Assembly (NCBI GenBank): GCA_963785725.1
Contig: CAWAWS010000007.1
Location: 544,001 to 608,000, forward strand
Reading direction: 5' to 3'
Length of the DNA: 64,000 nt
Source of the DNA: an uncultured delta proteobacterium
GTDB lineage: Bacteria > Myxococcota_A > Polyangia > Palsa-1104
Under the pieces are notes generated by a model, which was not told where the DNA came from, did not search any database, and saw only the letters and a program-made list of their open reading frames with translations. Positions 31,139 to 42,124 of this stretch are shown here, in pieces; the stretch's first letter is position 1; each line of letters starts with the position of its first letter. The position numbers and the translations under genes are program-made.

Positions 31139-32206
31139 GTGCCCATCTACATCAATAATCACGATGAGTTACAAAAAATGGTCGCACGCGCGACACTTGC
31201 CGGCGGGGCTGCGGCGGTGGCCGCGCTGTTTCTGCCGGCGACCCTGGCGACGCTGCTGACGGCGCTGATCGTCACCTGCGCCGTCGCGCCGCCGCGTGAT
31301 TGGGCGGGCGCGGTGCCGGCGCTGATGTGGGCGATCGTCGCCGCGGCCGGCGCCGAAATGGGCGGGCGATTGGGCGTCGGCGTGACGGCGGTTGCCGTCG
31401 CTGCGGGGCTTTCACGCGGGGTCGCTGGCGCGGCGCGTTGGACTTCGCTCGCCACCGGAACGGTAGGCGCGCTCACCGCCGCGATGGTGGTGAACGCGCT
31501 GAAGGCGACCGACGCCTTCGCGAGCGTGCCCGACGGTCTGCGTGCGCTCGGCGAAGGCGCCGTCGGCGGCCTCATCGTCGGCGTGTCGGGAATCGGCCGA
31601 CTGCTCGCGCGAGCACGCGAGCCGCAGCTCGACGCGCTGGCGCAGCTGGCGGCGCTCGGCGATCAGTCGGAGCTCGGCCAGCTGCTCGGTCGCGCGGCGC
31701 GGGCCCATCGTGACGCGTTGGCGGCGATGGGCGACGAGGCGCCGGCGGCGCGCGCGGCGGCCGACGATCTCGTGCACAAGATGACGCGCTTCGGCCGCCG
31801 TTGGCGCGACCTCGAGCTGGAAGCGGCGCGCTCACGACCCGACGAGCTGGGCGCGCGCCTCCTTTTAATGGGCCGCAAGCTGGAGACGACGACCGACCCG
31901 CTGGCGCGGCTCGAGCTCGGTCGCGCGCAAGAGGCGATCACGGCGCAGCTCGGCTATCTCGACGAAATCCGTCACGGTCGCGAGCGGGCGATGGCGCGGC
32001 TGGAGCATCAAGTGGCGGCGCTCGAGCGGCTGCGGCTGGCGGCGCTGCGGCATCGGTCGGTCGACGCGGCGCGGCTCGGCGCCGAGCTGCAGCCGGTCGT
32101 CGACGAGCTGGCGCAAGCGGGCGGCGACTTCGACATCGCGTCGGACGCGCTCGCCGAAGCGTCTACTGACACAATGGTGGCAGGAGTGTTGCCGCCTCGA
32201 TCTTGA
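31139..32206 (+). CDS. Hypothetical membrane protein with C-terminal coiled-coil
   Basis: Several hydrophobic segments, then an Ala/Leu/Arg/Glu helical region. Confidence 0.7.
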   Translation: MPIYINNHDELQKMVARATLAGGAAAVAALFLPATLATLLTALIVTCAVAPPRDWAGAVPALMWAIVAAAGAEMGGRLGVGVTAVAVAAGLSRGVAGAARWTSLATGTVGALTAAMVVNALKATDAFASVPDGLRALGEGAVGGLIVGVSGIGRLLARAREPQLDALAQLAALGDQSELGQLLGRAARAHRDALAAMGDEAPAARAAADDLVHKMTRFGRRWRDLELEAARSRPDELGARLLLMGRKLETTTDPLARLELGRAQEAITAQLGYLDEIRHGRERAMARLEHQVAALERLRLAALRHRSVDAARLGAELQPVVDELAQAGGDFDIASDALAEASTDTMVAGVLPPRS

Positions 32207-32237
32207 TGGTTGGCAACGGCCGTCCTATGCTGCGCTC

Positions 32238-33080
32238 ATGTTCAAATCGGCTCTCGTTCTGACGATCGCAATCGGGCTGCCCGGCGCAGCGTGGGCCGAC
32301 GAGGCCGACGCGCACTATCGATCGGGCCTCGCCTACAAGCAGCAGAACAAGACCGACGAAGCCATCCAAGAGTTCATGCTCGCCATCAAGCAGCGGCCGG
32401 ACTACGCGGCGGCCGAGTTCTCGCTCGGCGTCACCTATAAGATGAGAAACCAGCTGAACGAGGCGGCCGAGCACCTCGAGAAGGCGGTCAAGCTGCAGCC
32501 GAAGACGGCCGACGCGCACGCCAGCCTGGGCATGGCCTACTACAAAATGGGGCGCATCGACGACGCGCAGAAGCAGCTGGAGCAGGCGGTCGAGATCAAC
32601 GCCAACGAGGCCAGCTGGCAGTATTCGCTCGGCAAAATCTACCGCGACAAGAAGGATTTCGGTAAAGCGATCCCGCACTTGGAGCAGGCGGTGCTGCTCG
32701 ATCCCAAGGACGCGAACGGGCTGTCGAACTTGGGCGTGGCCTATCGGCAGACGAACAAGAACGACGAAGCGGCGAAGTACTTCTTGAAGGCGATCGAGCT
32801 CAAGCCGGACGTGGCCGAGTTTCACTTCAACTTGGCGGTCGTCTATCGGCGGCAGCAAAAGACGAATGAGGCGATCAGCGAGTATCAGAAGGCGATCGCC
32901 ATCGACGGCAAGATGGCCGACGCGCACCACGATCTCGGCGTCCTGTTCGCGCAGCTCAAGCGCAACGACGAAGCGATCGAGCAGTGGAACGACTATATCG
33001 ACTTGAAGGCGCAGCAAGATCCGAAGCAGGCGGCGATCATTCGCCAGCACGTCAAAGACCTCGGCGGCACGCCACATTAA
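32238..33080 (+). CDS. Exported tetratricopeptide repeat protein
   Basis: Signal peptide and about 7 TPR units (e.g. AHASLGMAYYKMGRIDDAQKQLEQAVEINA). Confidence 0.9.
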   Translation: MFKSALVLTIAIGLPGAAWADEADAHYRSGLAYKQQNKTDEAIQEFMLAIKQRPDYAAAEFSLGVTYKMRNQLNEAAEHLEKAVKLQPKTADAHASLGMAYYKMGRIDDAQKQLEQAVEINANEASWQYSLGKIYRDKKDFGKAIPHLEQAVLLDPKDANGLSNLGVAYRQTNKNDEAAKYFLKAIELKPDVAEFHFNLAVVYRRQQKTNEAISEYQKAIAIDGKMADAHHDLGVLFAQLKRNDEAIEQWNDYIDLKAQQDPKQAAIIRQHVKDLGGTPH

Positions 33081-33083
33081 TAG

Positions 33084-33635
33084 ATGCTGCGCTGGCTAGC
33101 TCTGGCGCTCGTCGGTGCCGCCGTGTGCACCGTGGGCGATCATCTGCACGCGACCCACGGCGTGCTCTATTACGCGCATCCCGTCGTCTGGGATCAGGCG
33201 TGGTGGGTGCCGTTGTTGTTCGCGGGCGCGTCGCTGGCGGCGGTGGCGGGCGCGACCTTGCCGCGGCGGCTGCTCGGCTCGCGCGACGAGCGGCCGGCGA
33301 CGGGGCGCGAGATGGCCGGCGACGGGATCGCGTTCGCGACGGCGTATGCAATCACGTCGTTCTTGCCGGCCGATCGTCCGAACGTGACGCTGGCACTGCT
33401 GGCGGCATGGTGGCTCGGGCGGGTCGTGCGCGGTCGGGCGACGTGGCTGATCGTGTATTCGCTGATCATGGCCGTGTCGGGCACGGCGTTCGAGGCCGGC
33501 TGGTCGGCGCTCGGCTTCTTCTTCTATCGTCATCCCGACTTCGCGGGCGTGCCGCGTTGGCTGCCCGGCATCTACTTGCACGCCGCGCTGATCGCCGGCC
33601 CGCTCGAACGCACGCTGCGCGGCCCCGACCGCTAG
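33084..33635 (+). CDS. Membrane protein (INSIG/DUF2878-like)
   Basis: GDHLH..HGVL.Y, WWVPLLF, FFYRHPDFAGVPRWLP; multiple TM segments. Confidence 0.6.
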   Translation: MLRWLALALVGAAVCTVGDHLHATHGVLYYAHPVVWDQAWWVPLLFAGASLAAVAGATLPRRLLGSRDERPATGREMAGDGIAFATAYAITSFLPADRPNVTLALLAAWWLGRVVRGRATWLIVYSLIMAVSGTAFEAGWSALGFFFYRHPDFAGVPRWLPGIYLHAALIAGPLERTLRGPDR

Positions 33636-33692
33636 CTCGCTCTGCCGAAGTCACCGACGTGCGATCGAAAGCCGTCGCGCTCCGAGGTTTCG

Positions 33693-35051
33693 CTATTCGA
33701 TGAGCGCGTCGAGGGCGGCGCTGACGTCGCGCACGCCGACGAGCTCCAGCTCCGGCTTGCCGGGCAGGCGCGAGCGCGACAGCTCGGGCAGCACGCAGCG
33801 ACGGAAGCCGAGCTTGCGCGCCTCGGCCAGCCGCAGCTCGACGTTGCCGACGGCGCGCACTTCGCCGGCCAAGCCGACCTCGCCGAAGCAGAGCGTCTGC
33901 GCGTCGACCGGCCGGCCGCGCGCCGATGACGCCACCGCCGCCAGCACGCCCAAGTCGCTCGCCGGCTCCGACAGGCGCACGCCGCCCGCGACGTTGACGA
34001 ACACATCCTGCCCGAGCACGTCGATGCCCGCGCGTCGCTCGATGACCGCGAGCAGCATCGAGACGCGGTTCGGGTCGATGCCGAGCGCCGTGCGTCGCGG
34101 CATGCCCGCCGCGTGCGCCACGAGCGCCTGAATCTCCACCAAGATCGGCCGCGAGCCCTCGACCGACGCGACGACGACCGAGCCCGGCGCGTTCAGCGGT
34201 CGCTCGGCCAAGAACAGCGCCGACGGATTCGTCACCTCGCCCAACCCTTCGGCGCGCATCTCGAAGACGCCCATCTCGTTCGTCGAGCCGAAGCGATTCT
34301 TCGTCGTGCGCAACACGCGATAGTTGTGCGTCCGCTCGCCTTCGAAATAGAGGACGCAGTCGACGACATGCTCGAGCGTCTTCGGACCCGCCAAGCCGCC
34401 ATCTTTCGTGACGTGACCGACGAGGATGACGGGCACGTTGCGGCCCTTGGCATACGTCAACAGCCGGCCGGCGGCTTCGCGCACTTGAGCGAGCGAGCCG
34501 GGGATCGACTCGAGCGCCGCCGAATGCATCGTCTGCACCGAGTCGACCGCGAGCACCGCCGGCTTCAGCGACTCGGCTTCGGCCAGCACGCGCTCGAGCT
34601 GCGTCTCGGCCAAGACGTGCAGCGCCGCCGTCTTGATGCCGAGCCGCGCCGCGCGCAGCGCCGTCTGCTGCACCGATTCCTCGCCCGAGACGTACAGGAC
34701 CTTCTTGCCCGAGCGCGCCAAGCCGTCGAGCGCCTGCAACAGCAGCGTCGACTTGCCGATGCCGGGCTCGCCGCCGAGCAACACGAGCGAGCCGGCGACG
34801 ACGCCGCCGCCGAGCACGCGGTCGAGCTCGCCGATGCCGCTCGACAGCCGCGGCGCGTGGTCGATGGCGACGTCACCGATCGAGCGCGGCTTGTCCGACG
34901 ACGTGACCGAGCCGGCAGGCTTGGCGTCGCTCGTGCCGCCGACCTCCTCGACGAGCGAATTCCACTCGCCGCATTCGGGACAGCGGCCGAGCCACTTGGT
35001 CGACGAATAGCTGCAGCTTTGACAGACGAAGCGCGCGCTCGTTTTGGCCAC
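33693..35051 (-). CDS. radA: DNA repair protein RadA/Sms
   Basis: CQSC..KWLGRCPEC, GGEPGIGKST, KNRFG, GEVGLAGEVR. Confidence 0.98.
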   Translation of the reverse strand: MAKTSARFVCQSCSYSSTKWLGRCPECGEWNSLVEEVGGTSDAKPAGSVTSSDKPRSIGDVAIDHAPRLSSGIGELDRVLGGGVVAGSLVLLGGEPGIGKSTLLLQALDGLARSGKKVLYVSGEESVQQTALRAARLGIKTAALHVLAETQLERVLAEAESLKPAVLAVDSVQTMHSAALESIPGSLAQVREAAGRLLTYAKGRNVPVILVGHVTKDGGLAGPKTLEHVVDCVLYFEGERTHNYRVLRTTKNRFGSTNEMGVFEMRAEGLGEVTNPSALFLAERPLNAPGSVVVASVEGSRPILVEIQALVAHAAGMPRRTALGIDPNRVSMLLAVIERRAGIDVLGQDVFVNVAGGVRLSEPASDLGVLAAVASSARGRPVDAQTLCFGEVGLAGEVRAVGNVELRLAEARKLGFRRCVLPELSRSRLPGKPELELVGVRDVSAALDALIE

Positions 35052-35118
35052 GCGAGATTATCGGCGAGTCGAACGAGAAGTTGCGCGGAATCGGCGGAGA
35101 ATTGCGAAGCAGCGAGCG

Positions 35119-37002
35119 CTAGAACTTGACGATGAGGCGCGCCTGGAACGTCTGCGCGATGTTCGGCGACGACTTCTGATACTGCGTGCCGTAAATGTCG
35201 CCGGGAATGCCCAAGGCCGCGAACGGGAAGAGCACGCCGTAGACGAGACCGGCGTAAAAGCCCTCTTCTTCGTTCTTGTACATGAGCTGACCGTCGATCT
35301 CGAGGCCGAGGTTGTAGCTGTTGCCGGGATAGCCGACGGGGTGGTTGGCCAGCGCGTACATCAAATCGACGCGGGCGCCGAAGTTGTCGATGATGTCGTA
35401 GCTGACGCCGGGCTTGAAGTAGGTCGCGTTCGAGACCGTGCCCAAGATGCGGCGGAACAAGATCAAGTCGACGTGATAGTCGGGATCGAAGCTGAAGCGC
35501 CCGATCTGATTGTTGATCGGCGCGTACGTCGCGTGCTGGAAGTTGGTGATGGCGTTGGGATCTTCCGAGTCGTCGCCCGAGGCGTAGCCGACCTCGAAGA
35601 AGATCTTGAGCGCGTCGTGGAGCAGCTTGTAGTCGGCTTTGGCGACGAAGCCGCCGGTCAAGATGCGCGTCGAGCCCTTGTAGCTGGCGCCGTAGATGTC
35701 GCTCAGGTTGCCGATGGTGCCGACCTGCATCGCGCCTTCAGCCTCGATGTGCAGCTTCTTCCAGTTGAGGCGCAGCCAAATGTCGGGGATGAACTCCTTG
35801 GCGTGGCGCGGATGCAAGCCGGCCTGCAGCGACTGCTCGGTGTTGCCGCTGAGCGCGAGCGAGCCCGTCTGATCCCAATCTTGCTGGCGATAGATGAAGT
35901 AGCCGCCGTAGTTGAAGACGATCTTGCCGGCGTCGAGCTTCTCGCGCAGCTCGTCGGGCTTGTCCTGCTTGCCGAGCGCCAAGGCCCACTGCGAGACGTC
36001 GTCGAGCGTGTCGGCGTTGTAGAAGACGCCCTGGCCTTGCTGTGGGCCGATGATCTGCGTCGTCGGGCCGGTGGCGACCCAATCCCACATGAAGGCGATG
36101 AAGTGGCCCCACAGCTTCGACGCGAACATGACGCGGTCGACGTTCTGGCCGTAGTCGCAGTCGAAGCAGTCGCCGTTGTTGATGAACATGCCGGTGCCCC
36201 ATTCGTTGGGCATGCGGCCGAAGCGCAGCTCACCGAAGGGCGTGCGCACTTCGGCCCAGGCGCGCTTGGCGACGATGGAGTTGGTGACGGCGTTGACGCC
36301 GGCGGTCTGCGTTTGTGCGCTGGTGGAGCCGAAGACGTAGGGCACGTCGCCCGACTTCGTGGCCGCGCCGCCCGACGCGCCGGCGTTGTTGAGGTAATAG
36401 CCCTGCGGCGTCGAGCCGAGGACCATGTTGTCGAAGACGTCGAACTGCGCGTGGACGCGGACCTGCTCGGTGACGTTGATGGTCGGCTCGAGGCGCATGC
36501 GCATGTCGGCCGACGTCAGATTGTCGGTGCGGCAGTTGGTGTTGTTACGCTGCGCGCAGCTCGAGGCCGGGTTGAGCGGGTTGGACTTCTCGCCGGTCGA
36601 GCCGAACTCACTGTAGGGAACGGGGAACGACGCTTTGGGGCCGAGCGTCTGGTTCCAGATGCCGAGGTTGAGCTCGTGGAAGAGGTACGAGCGGAAGCGC
36701 AAATAGCCGTGCAGCTCGAAGAATTGCAGCGTCTTTTCATGCTGCTGCGGCCACGCCGGCAACGGCTGCAGCGCTGGGTTTTCCTCCTGCTGATTGGGCG
36801 TTTCCTCGGCCGGGCCTTCCTCTTTTTCCGGCGGTTGCTGCGGTCCGCCCATGCCACCTTGGCCACCTGGGCGCCCCATGCCGCCGCCGGCACCGCCACC
36901 ACCAAACTGTGCGAACGCCGGCGTCGCCGTCGCTAACAACGCAGGAATCAGCAACACGGACCAGCGGCGCATTCGTCTCTCCAGAAGGAACGCCATCATC
37001 AA
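35119..37002 (-). CDS. TIGR04551-type outer-membrane beta-barrel protein
   Basis: Signal peptide; LHGYLRFR, ADMRMRLEPTIN, DNMVLGSTP, GRMPNEWG.G, GDCFDCD, FDPDYHVDLILFR; C-terminal F. Confidence 0.8.
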   Translation of the reverse strand: MMMAFLLERRMRRWSVLLIPALLATATPAFAQFGGGGAGGGMGRPGGQGGMGGPQQPPEKEEGPAEETPNQQEENPALQPLPAWPQQHEKTLQFFELHGYLRFRSYLFHELNLGIWNQTLGPKASFPVPYSEFGSTGEKSNPLNPASSCAQRNNTNCRTDNLTSADMRMRLEPTINVTEQVRVHAQFDVFDNMVLGSTPQGYYLNNAGASGGAATKSGDVPYVFGSTSAQTQTAGVNAVTNSIVAKRAWAEVRTPFGELRFGRMPNEWGTGMFINNGDCFDCDYGQNVDRVMFASKLWGHFIAFMWDWVATGPTTQIIGPQQGQGVFYNADTLDDVSQWALALGKQDKPDELREKLDAGKIVFNYGGYFIYRQQDWDQTGSLALSGNTEQSLQAGLHPRHAKEFIPDIWLRLNWKKLHIEAEGAMQVGTIGNLSDIYGASYKGSTRILTGGFVAKADYKLLHDALKIFFEVGYASGDDSEDPNAITNFQHATYAPINNQIGRFSFDPDYHVDLILFRRILGTVSNATYFKPGVSYDIIDNFGARVDLMYALANHPVGYPGNSYNLGLEIDGQLMYKNEEEGFYAGLVYGVLFPFAALGIPGDIYGTQYQKSSPNIAQTFQARLIVKF

Positions 37003-37064
37003 AGAGGCGCGACTATAGGTAGGCTTCCCGGTACCGTCAAGGACGGGCTATGATGGCAACCGGG

Positions 37065-40000
37065 ATGGATCATCGACGAGCGGCTTGGGTTGCCTGTGCG
37101 ATGATCTTCGTTGCCGGCTGTCATGGCCCGAACGCGGTTTTGCTGACCGTGACCGCGGACGCCAAGGTCGAGCAATATCAGCTGTTCGTCCACGATGACG
37201 ACGCCGATCAGGTGGTCTATTCGAGCGGCTTTTCGACGCCGGGCTCGCCGCCGCTCGATCTGACCGTCGACAAGCTGAAGCTGGCGCTCAAGCTGTCGCG
37301 CGGCGGGCACTTCACGTTGTTGTTGGTCGGCGTCATCGGCGAAATCGCCAACGGCAAACCGTCGAGCGGCGCGACTGTGCTCTTTTGGGGCGGCAAAGTC
37401 CACGTCAACGGCACGATGGACGTGGACGCCCATATGTTGACCGTGCCCGCGGGCGACGACGCCGACGGCGACTATTGGCCCGACGCCGGCCCGTTCATGC
37501 AGCACGTGCCGGCCGCGGCGCAGCTCTACGCCGGCAAGACCAACGTGCTCGACTGCGACGACAAGCTCGACGACCCGCCCAACGCGAGCGGCGTCGCCAT
37601 CATGATCAAGGCCTCGCAGATCAACCCGTTCGCCACCGAGATTTGCGGCGACGGCTATGACGAGGACTGCAACGGCAACGCCGACGAAGCGTGCGTCGAC
37701 AAAGACGGCGATCACGACGTCAAAGGCCACGACTGCGACGACGGCGACGCCAAGCGCCATCATCCGACCGACATCGATCCGTTCCCCGATCCGCCCAATT
37801 GCTGCGGCTACAGCCTCGGCAAGGACGGCACCAGCGACGCCTTCACCAACTTCTTGGGCCAGCCTTTGTGCCCGACGAAGCGCTGCGGCGACGGCATCGA
37901 CGAGAGCTGCCGCGCCGTCGCCAACGACCCGAAGAACGACACCACCTGCATCGTCGACAACGACTGCGACGGCTATCCGGCGCCGCCGCAGGGTGACGAC
38001 TGCGACGACAACGACCCGACCGTGCATCCGGGCGCTTACGAGCCGTGCGGGTCGACGCGGGATCTCAACTGCAACGGCACCATCGGCGAAGGCTGCGTGC
38101 CCTGCGACCTCGACGGCGACGGCTTCGAGCGCGTCGACGCCACCAACGGCTGCCCCGACGTCAACGACAAGCACAAGGGCATGGTCGACTGCAACGACGA
38201 CGACTCGGCGGTCTATCCGGGCGCGACGCTGAAGGCCGGCGGCACCGAGGGCGGCGTCAGCTCCATCAGCAAGGTCGCCGTCGGCTTACTCGGGTTTTGC
38301 CGCGGCTTTTACGAGCCGGGCGGTCCGATGAGCGTCGGCGGCACGGGCAAGATCAACGCGTTCGGCGGGCTCGTCGGCGACGCCGATTGCAACGGCGTGG
38401 CCTACGAAGGCTGCCCGGCGACGGTCGATCCCGGCTGCGACCTCGATGGCGACGGCTGGCCGGGCGTGCAGACGAGCAACGGCAAGAACTGCAACCCACT
38501 CAACGTGCAGCTCGACTGCGACGACACCGATCCGACGACTTATCCGTCGGCGCCGGCGAACTGCAAGTCGGCGACGGCCAAAGATTGCGGCTCGCCGCTG
38601 ACCGATTGCACCGGCGATCTCGACGGCGACGGCTATGTCGGCACGCCGAATGGGCCCGACTGCGACGACAAGAACGCGGCCGTGCATCCGTTCGCGGTCG
38701 AGCTGTGCAACGGCGTCGACGACGACTGCGATGGCTTCATCGACGAGGGCAACCCCGATCCGTCGGGCAAGCCGCTGGTGACCGCCGGCGCGCCGACCAG
38801 CTGCACCGACTCCAACACCGGCGAGTGCGCCAAGACGTTGGGCGCGTGCGTGTGCTCGATCGCGCAGCCGGTCATCGATCCGCTGCTGGCGACGCTGGCG
38901 ATGCCGCGCACGATGTGTCCGGGCGAAGGTACGACCGGCAAAGCGCCGAGCTGCTTCGGCGCCGGCCAGCCCAAGCCGCAGAGCTGCGACGCGACCAACC
39001 CCAAAGACGACGACTGCGACGGCCGCGTCGACGCGCCCGACGGCGTGCGCTTGGCCGTCAAAGGCATGACCTGCGGCATCAACGTCGGCCAATGCAAAGC
39101 GGGTCTCGTCACGGCGTGCGACATGACGAAGACCAACTGCTTCGAGGCCTTCGGTCGCACGGCCGCGTCGACGCAGTGGTACGTCTGCTCGACGGCGGCG
39201 CCCGATCCCATCACCGTCTGCCCGACCGCCGAGCTCTGCAACGGCCTCGACGACGACTGCGACGGCCACGTCCCCGGCGACACCAGCGGCGCGCCGCCGC
39301 CCGGCCCCAGCCTCGACGAGTTCGACCACGACAAAGACTTGTACATGGCGTGTAACACCTGCGCCGGGTTGACGTTGGCCGCGGGCCTCGTCGGCTGCAA
39401 CGACTGCAACGACGGCGATCCGACCGTGCATCCGGGCGCCACCGAGCTTTGCAACGGCATCGACGACGCCTGCGCCGGCGCCGGCTTCGTCGACGGCAAA
39501 GACGACTGCGGCAAAGGCGGCCACGCGACGCAGACGACCTGCTGCGGCAGCAACGGCTGCCGCAACATCGCCACCGATTTCACCTACTGCGGCTCCTGCA
39601 CCGCCAACACCTGCTCGGCGACGACGGCCAACATGTGCGCCGGCGGCGACTGCTCGTGCGGCGGCGGCGCCGCCTGCACCGGCGGGCTCACCTGCACCGG
39701 CAATCCCGGCAGCTGCACCGCCGGTCCCGGCTCGACCTGCATGGCCAACAGCGACTGCACGCCGCAAACCGGCCAAGCCGCCGGCCGCTGCATCGACGGC
39801 CACTGCTGCGCGTTGCCCGATACGTCGGCGAGCTGCGGCACTTGCAAGAGCTGCACGGGCGCCGGCGGCACGTGCACCAACGTGACGCCCGCCGGCACCG
39901 CCGCGCCGACGGACGGCTGCCCCGACGGCGCCGGCAACACCGTGTGCGACGGCAACGGCCGCTGCGTCAAGTCGAAGGGCGCGACCTGCGCCATCGGCAC

Positions 40001-40904
40001 CGACTGCTTCAGCGGCTTCTGCGCCGACGGCGTCTGCTGCGACACCGCCTGCACCGGCCAGTGCGAAGCCTGCAACTTGGGCGGCAAAGGCGGCACCTGC
40101 TCGGCCGTCACCGGCGCGCCCGTCACCGGCGACACGCCGTCGCGCACCGCCTGCACGACGGGCGCGAGCGAGTGCGCCGGCACCTGCGACGGCACCGACG
40201 CGCATCGCACCGCCTGCCAATATCCGGGCACCACCGTCGCCTGCCCGCAGGTCTGCACGCCCGGCACCGGCGGCGCCGCGGCGACGACGGCGACGCCCGA
40301 CTGCAACGGCATGGGCGCCTGCAGCGCGCCGGGCGCCGGCACGCCGTGCGCCAACAACAGTACCCGCTGCAACACCGCCAACACCGCCTGCCTCGCGCTC
40401 TGCACCGGCGACGGCGATTGCGCCACCGGCTACTACTGCGACGGCACCGGTGCCTGCGTGAAACAGAAGGCGAACGGCGATGCGTGCAGCGAGGCCGCGG
40501 GCGGCGCCGGCCAATGCCTGACCGCCAACTGCCGCGAATGCCCCGGCGGCAGCACCCGCTGCGTCGACGGCTTCTGCTGCAACACGACCTGCACCGGCGA
40601 CTGCCAGAATTGCGGCGCCGCCGATACCTCGCCGAAGGGCACGTGCGGCTTCAGCGTCATCGGCACGCCCGGCCGCAATTCCTGCGGCAGCAACCTCTTG
40701 TGCAGCGGCGCGGCCACGACCTGCCCGACCAGCTGCACCGTCGACACCGAGTGCACGACCGGCTTCTACTGCAACGCCACCGGCAAGTGCACCGCCGAGC
40801 TGACGTCGACGAGCGCGTGCGCGCCCGCCAACTGCTTCGGCACCAACAGCTGCCGCCAATGCCAAGGAGACCAGCCGTGCCCCGTCGGCCTCGTCTGCCC
40901 GTAG
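37065..40904 (+). CDS. Large Cys/Asp-rich lipoprotein with putative metal-binding (MopE-related) repeats and C-terminal Cys-rich repeats
   Basis: FVAGC lipobox; about 9 DCDD..P..HPGA.E.CNG.DDDCDG-type units; CxDGxCCxxxC units in the last third. Confidence 0.88.
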   Translation: MDHRRAAWVACAMIFVAGCHGPNAVLLTVTADAKVEQYQLFVHDDDADQVVYSSGFSTPGSPPLDLTVDKLKLALKLSRGGHFTLLLVGVIGEIANGKPSSGATVLFWGGKVHVNGTMDVDAHMLTVPAGDDADGDYWPDAGPFMQHVPAAAQLYAGKTNVLDCDDKLDDPPNASGVAIMIKASQINPFATEICGDGYDEDCNGNADEACVDKDGDHDVKGHDCDDGDAKRHHPTDIDPFPDPPNCCGYSLGKDGTSDAFTNFLGQPLCPTKRCGDGIDESCRAVANDPKNDTTCIVDNDCDGYPAPPQGDDCDDNDPTVHPGAYEPCGSTRDLNCNGTIGEGCVPCDLDGDGFERVDATNGCPDVNDKHKGMVDCNDDDSAVYPGATLKAGGTEGGVSSISKVAVGLLGFCRGFYEPGGPMSVGGTGKINAFGGLVGDADCNGVAYEGCPATVDPGCDLDGDGWPGVQTSNGKNCNPLNVQLDCDDTDPTTYPSAPANCKSATAKDCGSPLTDCTGDLDGDGYVGTPNGPDCDDKNAAVHPFAVELCNGVDDDCDGFIDEGNPDPSGKPLVTAGAPTSCTDSNTGECAKTLGACVCSIAQPVIDPLLATLAMPRTMCPGEGTTGKAPSCFGAGQPKPQSCDATNPKDDDCDGRVDAPDGVRLAVKGMTCGINVGQCKAGLVTACDMTKTNCFEAFGRTAASTQWYVCSTAAPDPITVCPTAELCNGLDDDCDGHVPGDTSGAPPPGPSLDEFDHDKDLYMACNTCAGLTLAAGLVGCNDCNDGDPTVHPGATELCNGIDDACAGAGFVDGKDDCGKGGHATQTTCCGSNGCRNIATDFTYCGSCTANTCSATTANMCAGGDCSCGGGAACTGGLTCTGNPGSCTAGPGSTCMANSDCTPQTGQAAGRCIDGHCCALPDTSASCGTCKSCTGAGGTCTNVTPAGTAAPTDGCPDGAGNTVCDGNGRCVKSKGATCAIGTDCFSGFCADGVCCDTACTGQCEACNLGGKGGTCSAVTGAPVTGDTPSRTACTTGASECAGTCDGTDAHRTACQYPGTTVACPQVCTPGTGGAAATTATPDCNGMGACSAPGAGTPCANNSTRCNTANTACLALCTGDGDCATGYYCDGTGACVKQKANGDACSEAAGGAGQCLTANCRECPGGSTRCVDGFCCNTTCTGDCQNCGAADTSPKGTCGFSVIGTPGRNSCGSNLLCSGAATTCPTSCTVDTECTTGFYCNATGKCTAELTSTSACAPANCFGTNSCRQCQGDQPCPVGLVCP

Positions 40905-42124
40905 CGTCGCTGCTCGTCGCAGTCGTGGCGCTCGTCGCGGGCTGCGTGCCGGACACGGGCGAGCTCGTCGAAGTGCGCGGGCCGGCCAACGAGACGTCGC
41001 TGGCGGCCGGGATTACGACGCTCGATTTCGTCGTCGCGCATCAGTCGTCGTGCGGGCGTTGGGTCGGCGTGGCGCCGGCCAATCACACGCGCGTCGACGT
41101 CAAAGGGCGCGATCTGACGAAGCGTCCTTACGACTTCCTGATCGAGCCTACGCATCAGACCAACTTGGACGATCTCGTCTATGTCGCGGCGTTGGCCTAT
41201 GCGGACGATGGTCGGCTCGTCGGACAGGCGACGTTCGGCGCTCATCCGTTCGCGAAAGACAAGGTGTTGAAGCGCGTGCAGCACCTCGGGCTCTTCGGCT
41301 CGGCGTCGGTCGCCGGCGGGCCCAAATACGTGGCCGTCGACGGCTGCGTGTGCGCGCCCGGTCAGCCGTGGATCGGCACCGGCACCGGCACCGGCTGCGA
41401 CGTCGATGTCGTGACGACCTTCGCGCGCTTGGGCGACACGCTCGGCTGCGAATTGCCCGCCGGCGAGGCGCTGCCGGTCAAATGCGACGGCCAGCAATAT
41501 CCGAACGAAGTGCCCAACCGCGATCTGCCGTGCTGGGCCGCCGACGGCAACGGCGTCTGTCGTCTCGGCGTGCGCACGTGCGCCGATCAGGACGGCTTCG
41601 CGTACGACTCCGAGTGCAACACCGGCGGCAACGATCCGATGGCGCCGTCGAACGCCTTGTGCGCGCAGTATCTCGCGTGCGAGCAGACCGCGTGCGGCGA
41701 CGTGGCCGGCTGCTTCACGAGCGCGTTTACGACGAGCGCCAACGTCAAGTGCACCTTGCGGGTCGACCCGACGACGCTGGAAGGCGCGCCCATCAAACCG
41801 TGCGGCAGCGACATGACGTGGACGGCGGCGTTGCCGGGCAGCTCGGCGACCGACATGAGCTGCTTGGCGACGGTCGTGTTGGGCACGCAGCAGCCGCCGC
41901 TGACGGTCGGCCTGGTGCAGGCGATGACGATGGGCGCGCAGACGCGCGCGACCAGCTGTCCGGCGACGCTGCAGATCGACGCCATCGACGCGCCCTATCC
42001 GATGGCGCTGCCGGCGACGGAGACGGTCGATCTCGTGGTCGGCGATACGCTGACGCACGTGACGATCACGATCGTGCAGGAGTGCAGCGCCACCGACCCG
42101 TCGCTGGTATGCTCGCCGGCATGA
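40877..42124 (+). CDS. Cys-rich lipoprotein
   Basis: AAGGAG RBS before GTG 40877; LLVAVVALVAGC lipobox; C-terminal part of ORF 39449..42124. Confidence 0.75.
   Translation: MPRRPRLPVASLLVAVVALVAGCVPDTGELVEVRGPANETSLAAGITTLDFVVAHQSSCGRWVGVAPANHTRVDVKGRDLTKRPYDFLIEPTHQTNLDDLVYVAALAYADDGRLVGQATFGAHPFAKDKVLKRVQHLGLFGSASVAGGPKYVAVDGCVCAPGQPWIGTGTGTGCDVDVVTTFARLGDTLGCELPAGEALPVKCDGQQYPNEVPNRDLPCWAADGNGVCRLGVRTCADQDGFAYDSECNTGGNDPMAPSNALCAQYLACEQTACGDVAGCFTSAFTTSANVKCTLRVDPTTLEGAPIKPCGSDMTWTAALPGSSATDMSCLATVVLGTQQPPLTVGLVQAMTMGAQTRATSCPATLQIDAIDAPYPMALPATETVDLVVGDTLTHVTITIVQECSATDPSLVCSPA

Noticed and set aside
37065..40904. Nucleotide-level repeats suggesting an array
   Set aside because: They are degenerate coding repeats of Cys/Asp protein motifs.
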